From positions 26,775 to 90,774 of the forward strand of contig CAVOWM010000010.1 in the NCBI GenBank assembly GCA_963700135.1: a DNA stretch of 64,000 nucleotides. Direction: 5' to 3'. This DNA comes from an uncultured Acidimicrobiaceae bacterium (GTDB lineage: Bacteria > Actinomycetota > Acidimicrobiia > Acidimicrobiales > RAAP-2). Position 1 is the stretch's first letter, and every line of letters starts with the position of its first letter. A program made the translations under genes and the position numbers. This document shows positions 11,856 to 20,700 of this stretch, piece by piece. Under the pieces are notes generated by a model that worked only from the letters and a program-made list of their open reading frames with translations, was not told the origin of the DNA and searched no databases.

Positions 11856-12406
11856 GTGACGCCCGCGAACGGGTCCGTGCGCATCTCCTCGAGCACTCCG
11901 TTCGACGGGGCGACTTCATCTTGAAGTCCGGTCGGCCCTCGACCTGGTTCATCGACTCCAAGAAGACCATCTGCGCGCCCGAGGTCATGGTCGACCTGGC
12001 GACGCTGATCCTCGAGAGGATCCCCAATGAAGCGACCGCGATCGGTGGATTGACGATGGGTGCCGATGGCGTGTCGTTCATCACCGCCGGCGTCGGCGCG
12101 ACTCGCGGTCGGCACCTGAACGCCTTCAGTGTGCGCAAGGAGGTGAAGGACCACGGCGCCGGGGGACGCATCGCCGGCGTGCTCGAACCGCGGGACCGTG
12201 TCGTGATCACCGAGGACACGGTTACGCGCGGCACGAGTCTGCTCGAGGCCGCGCACGTCGTGCGCGACTACGGCGCCGAGGTGATCCTGCTCTTCGCGGT
12301 CGTCGACCGTGGCGGCACCGTACGGGCGATGGCGGCCGAGGAGGGCATCGCGTTCGACGCACTCTTCACCGCGCAGGACCTCGGATTCAGCGACGAAGAG
12401 TCGTAG
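11852..12406 (+). CDS. pyrE: orotate phosphoribosyltransferase-like type I PRTase
   Basis: FILKSGRPSTWFIDSKK and PRPP loop VVITEDTVTRGTS. ATGA overlap with purM. Confidence 0.75.
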   Translation: MSDARERVRAHLLEHSVRRGDFILKSGRPSTWFIDSKKTICAPEVMVDLATLILERIPNEATAIGGLTMGADGVSFITAGVGATRGRHLNAFSVRKEVKDHGAGGRIAGVLEPRDRVVITEDTVTRGTSLLEAAHVVRDYGAEVILLFAVVDRGGTVRAMAAEEGIAFDALFTAQDLGFSDEES

Positions 12407-13468
12407 TCACTTCGCGAGCACTGCGAGCACTCGCTCGCGCCACTTCATCCGTGGTTCGTAGTACTCCTCGGGTGTGTGACCGAAGCGCACGATGACCGCG
12501 TCGAGGGCCGGTACGACCGAGATCATCTGACCCTCGTACCCATTGGCCCAATAGGTGCCGTACTCGTCACCGCTGACCCACCACTGCCATGAGTAGAGGT
12601 GTCCGCTCGAGGCTTCGACACTGAGCGGCACCTGGGCCGTGGCGGCCCACTCCCGCGAGACGAGCGGCCGACCGTCCCACTCACCGCCGCGCAGGTAGAG
12701 CAGTCCGAACTTGGCGAAGTCCAGGGCGCGCGCGTGCACGAAGCTCGAGGCGACGAAGACCCCGCTCGTGTCGAAGGTCGCGACCGCGCTCGTCATGCCA
12801 ATCGGTCCGAAGAGGGTGCGTTCGAGGCACGCGCGGTAGTCGTCGCCGTAGCCGACGAGGTCGGCCACGATGCGGCTCAGGACGTTCGTCGTCCCGCTCG
12901 AGTAGTTGTAGAACGTGCCGGGCTCGTGGGCGAGGGGTAAGGCTGCGGTGAAGGCGGCCATGTCGTCCTTGCCCTCGCCCCAGAGCATCTCGATGACGTG
13001 ACTCGTTTGACCGATCGTGTACTCCTCGACGTAGGCCAGTCCGTCACGCATGGCGAGGAGGTCGCGGACCTGGATCTGGTGACGCGGATCGGCCTCGTCG
13101 CTCCATTCGCGAACCGGCGCGAGTTGGTCGGGGTTCAGTCGACCGTCGTCGACCAAAGTACCGACGATCATGTGCAGGATCGACTTGGCCATCGACCACG
13201 AGAGCAGTTGACTGTCGGCGGTGATCGGTTCGGCGGGCCGGTCGAAGTAGAACTGCTCGCCGCCATAGCGCTCGCTGAGAACCCGGCCTCCCTGCACGAC
13301 GACGACGGCGTTGGTCACCGCCAACTCCTCGTCGGTGAACATCTCTTCGACCACGGCGTCCAGTTCGTCCTGATGCTTCGACACACCCCGGGGCCACTCG
13401 TGCGTGGGCCACGCGACATCGGCTGGCTGGGGCGCGAAGCGCGGCTGTACTGACGGCAGTTGGTCCAT
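12407..13468 (-). CDS. serine hydrolase, beta-lactamase (class C / esterase) family
   Basis: SWSMAKS (SxxK) and YSSG(T)TN motifs. ATG at 13468 is preceded by GGAGGA. The ORF upstream to 13717 is Arg-rich and non-coding-like. Confidence 0.8.
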   Translation of the reverse strand: MDQLPSVQPRFAPQPADVAWPTHEWPRGVSKHQDELDAVVEEMFTDEELAVTNAVVVVQGGRVLSERYGGEQFYFDRPAEPITADSQLLSWSMAKSILHMIVGTLVDDGRLNPDQLAPVREWSDEADPRHQIQVRDLLAMRDGLAYVEEYTIGQTSHVIEMLWGEGKDDMAAFTAALPLAHEPGTFYNYSSGTTNVLSRIVADLVGYGDDYRACLERTLFGPIGMTSAVATFDTSGVFVASSFVHARALDFAKFGLLYLRGGEWDGRPLVSREWAATAQVPLSVEASSGHLYSWQWWVSGDEYGTYWANGYEGQMISVVPALDAVIVRFGHTPEEYYEPRMKWRERVLAVLAK

Positions 13469-13536
13469 GGTCCTCCGGTGCTTCGGTGCATCCTTACACG
13501 AGCGACCCTGTGACACCCCGTCGGTAGGTTCGGCGC

Positions 13537-13848
13537 ATGTCGTTGTCGCCCGCACCCGAGGTCGAACAGTACTTCTACCGGTCCGTGACGACCTCGAGTC
13601 GTCATCGCAATCGCGTGAGCGCCTACTACGTCCAACGGGTGCGCGGTTCGACGGTGGTGGCGCGGATCGAGCCGCTCGGACTGGTGCCGACCTCGGTCGG
13701 TGACGAGCAACTGGCAATCCAGCGTCTCCGACGCAATCTGGTGGTCGCTGGCACGTGGCAGGTGACGCCGAGCGGGCACCATTCGCGGATGCGTGTCGCG
13801 CCGGCCGAGAACGTCACCACGAAAAAAGTCGCCCCACAGAGCTCGTGA
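13537..13848 (+). CDS. hypothetical small protein (103 aa)
   Basis: Strong G/C third-position bias across the whole ORF. No recognisable family. Confidence 0.4.
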   Translation: MSLSPAPEVEQYFYRSVTTSSRHRNRVSAYYVQRVRGSTVVARIEPLGLVPTSVGDEQLAIQRLRRNLVVAGTWQVTPSGHHSRMRVAPAENVTTKKVAPQSS

Positions 13849-13867
13849 GGAGTCCGTGGGGCGACTT
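13821..13867 (-). terminator. intrinsic terminator downstream of the tRNA pair
   Basis: Perfect 12-bp stem (AAGTCGCCCCAC / GTGGGGCGACTT), followed on the minus strand by a T-run. Confidence 0.7.
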
Positions 13868-13869
13868 GC

Positions 13870-13945
13870 TGGTGGTCGAGACCGGCGTCGATCCGGTGAC
13901 CTCACGCTTTTCAGGCGCGCGCTCTACCGACTGAGCTACTCGACC
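13870..13945 (-). tRNA. tRNA-Phe (anticodon GAA), CCA encoded
   Basis: Reverse complement folds as a cloverleaf: GGTCGAG acceptor, GCTC/GAGC D stem, anticodon loop CTGAAAA, 3' CTCGACC-A-CCA. Confidence 0.93.
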
Positions 13946-13971
13946 TCCTCGTCACCCTTGCGGGTGTCGAG

Positions 13972-14046
13972 CGGACCTGACGGGATTTGAACCCGCGACC
14001 TCCGCCTTGACAGGGCGGCGTGCACTCCGAGCTGCACCACAGGTCC
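13972..14046 (-). tRNA. tRNA-Asp (anticodon GUC), CCA not encoded
   Basis: Reverse complement has GGACCTG acceptor, anticodon loop CTGTCAA, and T arm GCGGG-TTCAAAT-CCCGT. Confidence 0.93.
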
Positions 14047-14191
14047 TCGGTGTTCCCAAGGTCGAGACCCCGAGACGCGAATCGTAAGTCTATACGGTGA
14101 CGACCGCACGCTTTGAGGGCCGTCGTACGAGCGAAACGATGTCGCCTCCTAGGATTTCTCACGTGCGATTCGATGACGAGGCGAGGCGCTC

Positions 14192-15028
14192 GTGAGTCTC
14201 GCCATCGTCTTCCTCGTACTCCTCGCCGGTCTCATCCACGCCCTCTGGAACGCGCTGGCCAAGGGTATCGCCAGTCAAACGACCAGCTTCGCGTTGATGA
14301 ACGTCGGCACGGCCGTCGTCAGCTGGATCGCGCTGCCGTTCATCGGCGTGCCGCGGGCCGCCGCCTGGCCGTTCGTCCTCGCCTCCACCGTCTGTCACCT
14401 CGGTTACGAGCTGTTCTTGATGGGCTCCTACCAGCGGGCCAACTTCTCTCGCGCCTACCCGATCGCGCGCGGCGTCGCACCGTTGCTCGTCTCGATCGGC
14501 GGACTGGTCTTCGCGAGCGAACACCTCGACGCCAAGGGCATTGCGGGGATCGTCCTCATCGTCGTCGGCATCGTCAGCCTGGCTTACGTCCGCGACTCCT
14601 CGAAGCTCGATCGCGTGGGTATCTACTGGGCACTTGCGACCGGCGCGGCGATCGCGGTCTACACCGTGGTCGATGGCCTCGGCGTGCGAAGGAGCCACGG
14701 CACGCTGCGCTACGCCGTGGTGCTCTTCGTCCTCCAGTCGACGATCTGGATCGTGGCCGTGGCGATCCGACGCGGCTGGCACCTCACAGAGAGGCGATCG
14801 ACCATCGGCGTCGGTCTCCTCGCCGGACCGATGTCGCTCGTGGCCTACACGATCGTGCTCTACGCCCAGACGCGCGCGCCGCTCGGCGTCGTCAGCGCGC
14901 TACGTGAGACGGGCGTGGTGTGGGCCGCGGCCATCGGCGTCGTGTTCTTCAAGGAGGGTAGGGCGCGCGCCCTCATGGCGCCAGCGGTGGTGGTCGTGGC
15001 GGGGATCGCGCTGTTGAGTCTGTCCTAG
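14192..15028 (+). CDS. EamA/DMT-superfamily transporter
   Basis: About 10 hydrophobic helices and an N-terminus (LLAGLIHALWNALAK) typical of the DMT family. Confidence 0.75.
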   Translation: MSLAIVFLVLLAGLIHALWNALAKGIASQTTSFALMNVGTAVVSWIALPFIGVPRAAAWPFVLASTVCHLGYELFLMGSYQRANFSRAYPIARGVAPLLVSIGGLVFASEHLDAKGIAGIVLIVVGIVSLAYVRDSSKLDRVGIYWALATGAAIAVYTVVDGLGVRRSHGTLRYAVVLFVLQSTIWIVAVAIRRGWHLTERRSTIGVGLLAGPMSLVAYTIVLYAQTRAPLGVVSALRETGVVWAAAIGVVFFKEGRARALMAPAVVVVAGIALLSLS

Positions 15029-15082
15029 TGGCGTCGTCGAGGCGTCGATAGGCTCAGCGACACGCGTGAAGAAGGAGTCGCA

Positions 15083-15859
15083 ATGTCCGATCGGGTCGAA
15101 GTCGAGACGGTGAGCGTGGGTCACGGGGGTGGGCGCGAGCTCCTGGCCGACCTCTACCGACCACCCAGTCCCAACGGCTGCGGCGTGCTGCTCGTCTACG
15201 GCGGCGCCTTCGTGCAGGGGGACCGCCGTCAACTCGCGGGCTACGCCATCGCGCTTGGGCGCGCCGGTTACACGTCGCTCGCGTGCGAGTACCGACTGGC
15301 CGGCGAGGCGTTGTGGCCCGCGGCTCTTGACGACGTCAACACCGCCTTCGGCTATTTCCACGATCACGCGAAGTCACTGGGTCTCGTCAAGTCGAAGTTG
15401 GCGGTGTCGGGCAACTCCGCGGGGGGATGTCTGTCGCTGTTGTTGGCCGGAACCAGCTCGCTCCCGGTCGCCGCTTCGATCGCCTTCTACGCGCCGGTGG
15501 ATTTCTTGGGTGACGACGCTCGAGCGCACGGCGCACCGGAGGGCATGAAGTACCTCCTCGGTGACGACGTCTCGGACGAACGACTCCGTCAGATGAGTCC
15601 GATCAACTACGTCCGGTCGGACTTCCCGCCGACGTTGTTGTTGACCGGCAACCGCGACGAGCGAGTCGGCTGGAAGGAGAGCGTGCACCTGTGCGAGTCG
15701 TTGGCGCGGGCGGGCGCGCATTGCGAGTTGCACGTCTTTGACGGTCTCGAGCACGCCTTTGACCTGGCCCCGGAGTACGGACGCCTCAGCGCGGCCTTGA
15801 TGACACGCTTCCTCGACAGTCACGTGCGGGCGCCCGTCTCGAGCGGCCTGATGCGCTGA
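15083..15859 (+). CDS. alpha/beta hydrolase (esterase/lipase type)
   Basis: GNSAGG nucleophile elbow. Oxyanion region LLVYGGAF. Confidence 0.8.
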   Translation: MSDRVEVETVSVGHGGGRELLADLYRPPSPNGCGVLLVYGGAFVQGDRRQLAGYAIALGRAGYTSLACEYRLAGEALWPAALDDVNTAFGYFHDHAKSLGLVKSKLAVSGNSAGGCLSLLLAGTSSLPVAASIAFYAPVDFLGDDARAHGAPEGMKYLLGDDVSDERLRQMSPINYVRSDFPPTLLLTGNRDERVGWKESVHLCESLARAGAHCELHVFDGLEHAFDLAPEYGRLSAALMTRFLDSHVRAPVSSGLMR

Positions 15860-15915
15860 GGTCTCCGCTCGGGCGCCCTTGACGAAGCGACGTCAGTGGC
15901 GCATGTGCGGGTGCG

Positions 15916-16305
15916 TCAGTCGTCGGACAGCACCAGACAGAACGGGTGGCCTACGGGATCGAGGAACACGCGGAACGTGGTGCCGGGTTGGTAGTCGTGC
16001 TTCGTCGCGCCGACCGCGAGGGCGTGCGCCTCGCCGTCATCCAGGTCGGGGACGAGGAAGTCCAGGTGGAGTTGCTGCGGCGTCGCGCCGGTCGGCCACG
16101 TCGGCGCCACGTAGTTGGGGACCCTCTGGAAGGCGATCGTCGGATGGGCACCGTTGTCGAGTTCGATCCACTCGACCTCATCGGGTTCGAAGTCGCCGAG
16201 GGGTTCGACCTCGAGACCGGTGAGTCGGGAGTAGAAGTTCGCGAGGGCGATTGGATCCGGGCAGTCCAATCCGACCAGTTGGTATCGAGGTCGCACGTCG
16301 GTCAT
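15916..16305 (-). CDS. VOC/glyoxalase-fold protein
   Basis: 129 aa with sequence like the glyoxalase-like domain family (VGLDCPDP...FYSRLTG...HLDF). Confidence 0.7.
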   Translation of the reverse strand: MTDVRPRYQLVGLDCPDPIALANFYSRLTGLEVEPLGDFEPDEVEWIELDNGAHPTIAFQRVPNYVAPTWPTGATPQQLHLDFLVPDLDDGEAHALAVGATKHDYQPGTTFRVFLDPVGHPFCLVLSDD

Positions 16306-16396
16306 CTGACACTCCTTGTTCGTGACTAGGTTCGAGTGACGCCGTGGTCACTCTATCGACGTCGATGCAACATCCGGTGTCCAGGGGGTGACGGGT

Positions 16397-17575
16397 TCAG
16401 CGAGGAGCGGTGAAGTTTCGGGTCGCCTCGGCGTACCAGGCGGCCGACGGCTTGGGGGTGCGTTCGAAGGTCGTGCGATCGACGGCGACGATGCCGAACT
16501 TCGGTCGGTAACCGAGCGTCCACTCGAAGTTGTCGAGCAGTGACCACTGGAAGTACCCGCGAACGTCGATGCCGTCGGCGATCGCGTTGGACAGTCCGGC
16601 GAGCGCGCCCGTGAGGTAGCGAATCCGCTGCTCGTCGTCGTCGGTGCCGATCCCGTTCTCGGTCACGATGATCGGGACGTCCACCATCGAGGCCGCGCGA
16701 CGGATCGTGTACTCGACACATTCGGGCCAGAAGAGATAGCCCATCTCGGTGAGTTCGCCTTCGGGGTGCACGATGAATCCGTCCGGACCGAAGACCCACT
16801 TCGTGTAGCACTGGACGCCGACGAAATCGTCGTCGCCCATCGAGCGCAGGTACTCGTCTTCCATCTCGTGTCGTAGCGACGAGGCCGCCTCCTCGCCACC
16901 GGGCAGCGCCTCGTACTCGTGCATCGAGATCGGCATGCCGATCGGATAGTGGCCCGGCGTCGCGCGCAGCGCGTCGCGCATCGCGACGTGACAGGCGCGC
17001 AACGTCGTGTTGACCTTGGAGAACCGGTCCCAATCACTTTGGGCCGGTGGGAACAGTCCCATGAGATAGCCCATCAGCGCGACGATGTTCGGTTCGTTCA
17101 CCGTGCACGCGACGCCGATCACGTCGCCGAGGGCCTCGCCGACGATCCGCGCGTAGTTCCCCATGAGTTGGACGATCTCCGGGCTCTCGAACCCGCCGAG
17201 GTCGGCGACCCACAGGGGCAACGTGAAGTGGTGCAGTGTGACGACCGGCACGATCGAGCGCGCGTGACACGCTTCGAGCATCTGGCGGTAGTGGCGAAGC
17301 GCGTCGGCGTCGATCGCGCCGCGCTGGGGTTCGATGCGGGCCCATTCGACCGAGAGTCGGTACGAGTTCAGTCCCAGTTCGACGATCAGGTCGAGGTCCT
17401 CTTCGTAGCGATTCCACGAGTCGCAGGCGTCACCGCACTCCTCGGCGCAGTGCGTGCCTTCGGCGCGCTCGTAACGCCACCAGTCGGTGTTGGAGCCGCC
17501 GCCTTCGGTCTGGTACCCCGACGTGGAGGTACCCCAGGCGAAGCGATCCGGAAAATGAACGTCACGTTGTGTCAT
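16397..17575 (-). CDS. GH1 beta-glucosidase
   Basis: FAWGTSTSGYQTEGG, acid/base TVNEPN and nucleophile VTENG motifs. Confidence 0.9.
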   Translation of the reverse strand: MTQRDVHFPDRFAWGTSTSGYQTEGGGSNTDWWRYERAEGTHCAEECGDACDSWNRYEEDLDLIVELGLNSYRLSVEWARIEPQRGAIDADALRHYRQMLEACHARSIVPVVTLHHFTLPLWVADLGGFESPEIVQLMGNYARIVGEALGDVIGVACTVNEPNIVALMGYLMGLFPPAQSDWDRFSKVNTTLRACHVAMRDALRATPGHYPIGMPISMHEYEALPGGEEAASSLRHEMEDEYLRSMGDDDFVGVQCYTKWVFGPDGFIVHPEGELTEMGYLFWPECVEYTIRRAASMVDVPIIVTENGIGTDDDEQRIRYLTGALAGLSNAIADGIDVRGYFQWSLLDNFEWTLGYRPKFGIVAVDRTTFERTPKPSAAWYAEATRNFTAPR

Positions 17576-17697
17576 GACGAGAATCTAGGTGGCGCAGCAC
17601 CCCGGTGCGATTCGTCGCGTCCGACGGGTGGCGTTCTCGTCGACCCGCGTTGGGTCGTAGATAAGGTGACCATCGAAGCCGAGGGGGAAGGTACGTC

Positions 17698-19626
17698 ATG
17701 GAGCACTCGTCACCGGAGCGAAAACCAGCGAGCTCGTCGACCAGCGATTACCAACGCGCGGCCCGGGCGAGCATCGCGACGGCGTCGGCGAGCGACTTCG
17801 AACGAGCGACGCGTGGCATGATCGCGCCCGGTGCTCCGCGACAGGTGCCCGGTCGCTTCGGGCAGGTCCTCTGGGACCTCGACGCCTACGCGTTCTTGGA
17901 CGACCCGTCCACCATCGAGGCCCCGAGCACGGTCAACCCCAGCCTCTGGCGACAGGGTCGGCTGAACAACATCGCCGGACTGTTCGAAGTGACCCCGAGG
18001 ATCTTCCAGGTGCGCGGCATGGACATCTCGAACGTGACGTTCATCTCGGGCGAGACCGGTTGGATCGTCATCGATCCCCTCACGTCAGAAGAGACCGCCC
18101 GGGCCGCGCTGGCGATGGTGAACGAGCACCTCGGCGAACGACCGGTTCACGCCGTGATCTACACCCACAGTCACACCGACCACTTCGGTGGCGTTCGCGG
18201 CGTGCTGAGCGACGATGACCTCGACGGCGGTCGCGTCGCGATCATCGCGCCCGACGGTTTCTTGGACGCGGCGATCAGTGAGAACGTCCTGGCCGGCACG
18301 GTCATGATCCGCCGCGCCATGTACATGTACGGGGTGCTGCTGCCGAAAGACGCGCAGGGCCACGTCGACACCGGGCTCGGCAAGGGGATGCCCGGGTTGC
18401 CGAGCGTGTCACTCGTCGCGCCCACGCACGAGATCGTCGCCACCGGCGAGGAGATGACCATCGACGGCGTGCGACTCGTCTTTCAGGTCACGCCCGGCAC
18501 CGAGGCGCCGTCCGAGATGAACATCGTCCTACCCGACCAACGGGCCCTGTGCATGGCCGAGAACTGCACCGCGACGCAGCACAACGTCTACACGCTGCGC
18601 GGGGCGCAGATTCGCGACGCGTTGCAGTGGAGCAAGTACATCGACCAGTCCCTCGAGCTCTACGCCGAGGACTGCGACGTCCTGTTCGCCAGCCACCACT
18701 GGCCGAGGTGGGGCCGGGCCGAGCTGTCGGTGTACCTGGCGAGTCAGCGCGACGCCTATCGCTACCTGCACGACCAGACCCTCCGCCTGGCCAATCACGG
18801 GTGGACGATGGACGAGATCGCCGAAGAGATCACCCTGCCCGCGAGTCTCGGTGACGAGTTCTTCAATCGCGGCTACTACGGGACGCTCTCGCACAACGCC
18901 AAGGCCGTGTACCAGCGCTACCTCGGCTGGTTCGACGGGAATCCGGCGCACCTCAATCCCCATCCACCGGTCGAGGGGGCGCGGCGGTACGTGGCGTTCA
19001 TGGGCGGCGCGGACGTAGTGCTCGACCGGGCCCACGCCTCGTTCGCCGAGGGCGACTACCGATGGGTCGCCGAGGTCGTCAACCACGTCGTCTTCGCCGA
19101 TCCGGACAACGAGGCGGCGCGGCTCTTGCAGGCCGACGCGCTCGAGCAACTCGGCTACCAGAGCGAGTCCGGGCCGTGGCGCGACTTCTATCTGACGGGG
19201 GCCATGGAACTCCGCTCGAACGGGACCGTCCTCAAGGGACTACCCGGCAACGCCCTGGGATCGGGCATCGTCCGCTCGATGACACCCGAGCTGTTGCTCG
19301 ACCTCATCGGGGTACGTCTCAACGGCCCGAGCGCCGCGAACTTCGAGATCGAGGTCGAACTCGTCGTCGCCGACCGGGCCGACGAGCGGTGGAGTTTCGG
19401 CGCACGACACGGTGTGCTGCACGCGCGACGCGACGCGCGAGGCGCCGCCTCGGTCGGCGTCATCTGTTCGCTCGCCGCGTTCGCGGTCTTCGCCACCGGT
19501 TCCAAGAGCTTCGACGAACTGCTCGCGCGCGACGACTTCCAGGTGACCGGCGCCGTGGACGCGCTGCGCGAGTTCGCCGAGAAACTCGACGCGTTCGAGT
19601 TCGGTTTCGAGATCGTCCTCCCTTGA
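17698..19626 (+). CDS. MBL-fold alkyl/aryl-sulfatase (SdsA1/BDS1-like)
   Basis: YTHSHTDHFGG metallo-beta-lactamase motif, plus a long C-terminal dimerisation/SCP2-like extension. Confidence 0.85.
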   Translation: MEHSSPERKPASSSTSDYQRAARASIATASASDFERATRGMIAPGAPRQVPGRFGQVLWDLDAYAFLDDPSTIEAPSTVNPSLWRQGRLNNIAGLFEVTPRIFQVRGMDISNVTFISGETGWIVIDPLTSEETARAALAMVNEHLGERPVHAVIYTHSHTDHFGGVRGVLSDDDLDGGRVAIIAPDGFLDAAISENVLAGTVMIRRAMYMYGVLLPKDAQGHVDTGLGKGMPGLPSVSLVAPTHEIVATGEEMTIDGVRLVFQVTPGTEAPSEMNIVLPDQRALCMAENCTATQHNVYTLRGAQIRDALQWSKYIDQSLELYAEDCDVLFASHHWPRWGRAELSVYLASQRDAYRYLHDQTLRLANHGWTMDEIAEEITLPASLGDEFFNRGYYGTLSHNAKAVYQRYLGWFDGNPAHLNPHPPVEGARRYVAFMGGADVVLDRAHASFAEGDYRWVAEVVNHVVFADPDNEAARLLQADALEQLGYQSESGPWRDFYLTGAMELRSNGTVLKGLPGNALGSGIVRSMTPELLLDLIGVRLNGPSAANFEIEVELVVADRADERWSFGARHGVLHARRDARGAASVGVICSLAAFAVFATGSKSFDELLARDDFQVTGAVDALREFAEKLDAFEFGFEIVLP

Positions 19627-19684
19627 TTCAGTCCCAGGTGTCGTCAGTACAATGTGATGAAATTCCCACAGAAAGCGGTGCTCC

Positions 19685-20425
19685 ATGACCTCGAACCTGC
19701 GTGCCGAGACGATCCATTTCGATTCCTACGACGGCCAGTCGGTGGAGGCCTACCTCGCGACCACCGAGTCGGACGGCCCGGTCGGTGGCGTCGTGGTCAT
19801 CCACCACTTTCCCGGTTACGACGAGGCGACCAAGGAGATCGTGCGCAAGTTCGCCGCCAACGGCTACAACGCGATCTGCGTGAATCTCTACAGTCGAGAG
19901 TCGCCCGGCGCGAGTCCCGACGACGCCGCGGCCGCCGCGCACGCGCGCGGCGGTGTGCCGGACGACCAACTGGTCGGCGACGTCGGCGCGGCGGCGCAGT
20001 ACCTGCGCGCGCTCTCGAGTTCGAATCAGAAGGTCGGGGTGATCGGCTACTGCTCGGGCGGCCGCCAGTCCGTGCTGTCGGCCTGCAGTCTCGACCTCGA
20101 CGCCGCCGTCGACTGCTACGGCGCCTTCGTCGTCATGAGTCGGCCCGAGAGCACGATGACGTCGATCGTGGACTTGCTGCCGAACCTCTCGTGTCCCCTG
20201 CTCGGACTGTTCGGCGAGGAGGACCAGTACCCATCACCCGATCAGACCCAGACGCTCCGAGAGTTGCTCACGAGTGAGGGCAAGGATTTCACCTTCCACG
20301 AGTACGAAGGCGCCGGCCACGCGTTCTTCGCCGTCGACCGCCCGTCGTATCGCCCCGAGGTGGCGACCGAAGCCTGGGGCGAGATCTGGAAATTCTACGG
20401 CCAGCACCTCTCGAGCGCGAAGTAG
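19685..20425 (+). CDS. dienelactone hydrolase family protein
   Basis: GYCSGG nucleophile motif and C-terminal AGHAF. About 246 aa. Confidence 0.85.
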   Translation: MTSNLRAETIHFDSYDGQSVEAYLATTESDGPVGGVVVIHHFPGYDEATKEIVRKFAANGYNAICVNLYSRESPGASPDDAAAAAHARGGVPDDQLVGDVGAAAQYLRALSSSNQKVGVIGYCSGGRQSVLSACSLDLDAAVDCYGAFVVMSRPESTMTSIVDLLPNLSCPLLGLFGEEDQYPSPDQTQTLRELLTSEGKDFTFHEYEGAGHAFFAVDRPSYRPEVATEAWGEIWKFYGQHLSSAK

Positions 20426-20431
20426 GTCGAC

Positions 20432-20698
20432 GTGTGCACCTACGAAGCTGAACGAATCTCGGTGACCGGCAGCGCCAAGGGCGCCAACGGCTGGTTCCGC
20501 GCGACCGACGCGACAATCTATTACGACCACCCGGTGCACTTCGGCGCCGGCCACGCGCTGATGGTCGACGTCATCAATCCGTCGCTCGGCGCGAGTTCAC
20601 GCGTGGGCATCGAACTCAACGCCGAATCGGCGCGCGAGTTGGCGATGGCGATCCTGCGCTCGCTCGACAACGTCCCGCCGGGCCTGCTCGAGAGTTAG
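20432..20698 (+). CDS. small conserved hypothetical protein (MCTY... N-terminus)
   Basis: 88-aa ORF with good codon bias, 6 nt after the DLH stop. Possibly a DUF-type actinobacterial family; not verified. Confidence 0.55.
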   Translation: MCTYEAERISVTGSAKGANGWFRATDATIYYDHPVHFGAGHALMVDVINPSLGASSRVGIELNAESARELAMAILRSLDNVPPGLLES

Positions 20699-20700
20699 AG

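Noticed and set aside
14113-14907. 264-aa Arg-rich ORF overlapping the EamA transporter gene
   Set aside because: The competing frame 14192..15028 gives a regular 10-helix membrane protein.
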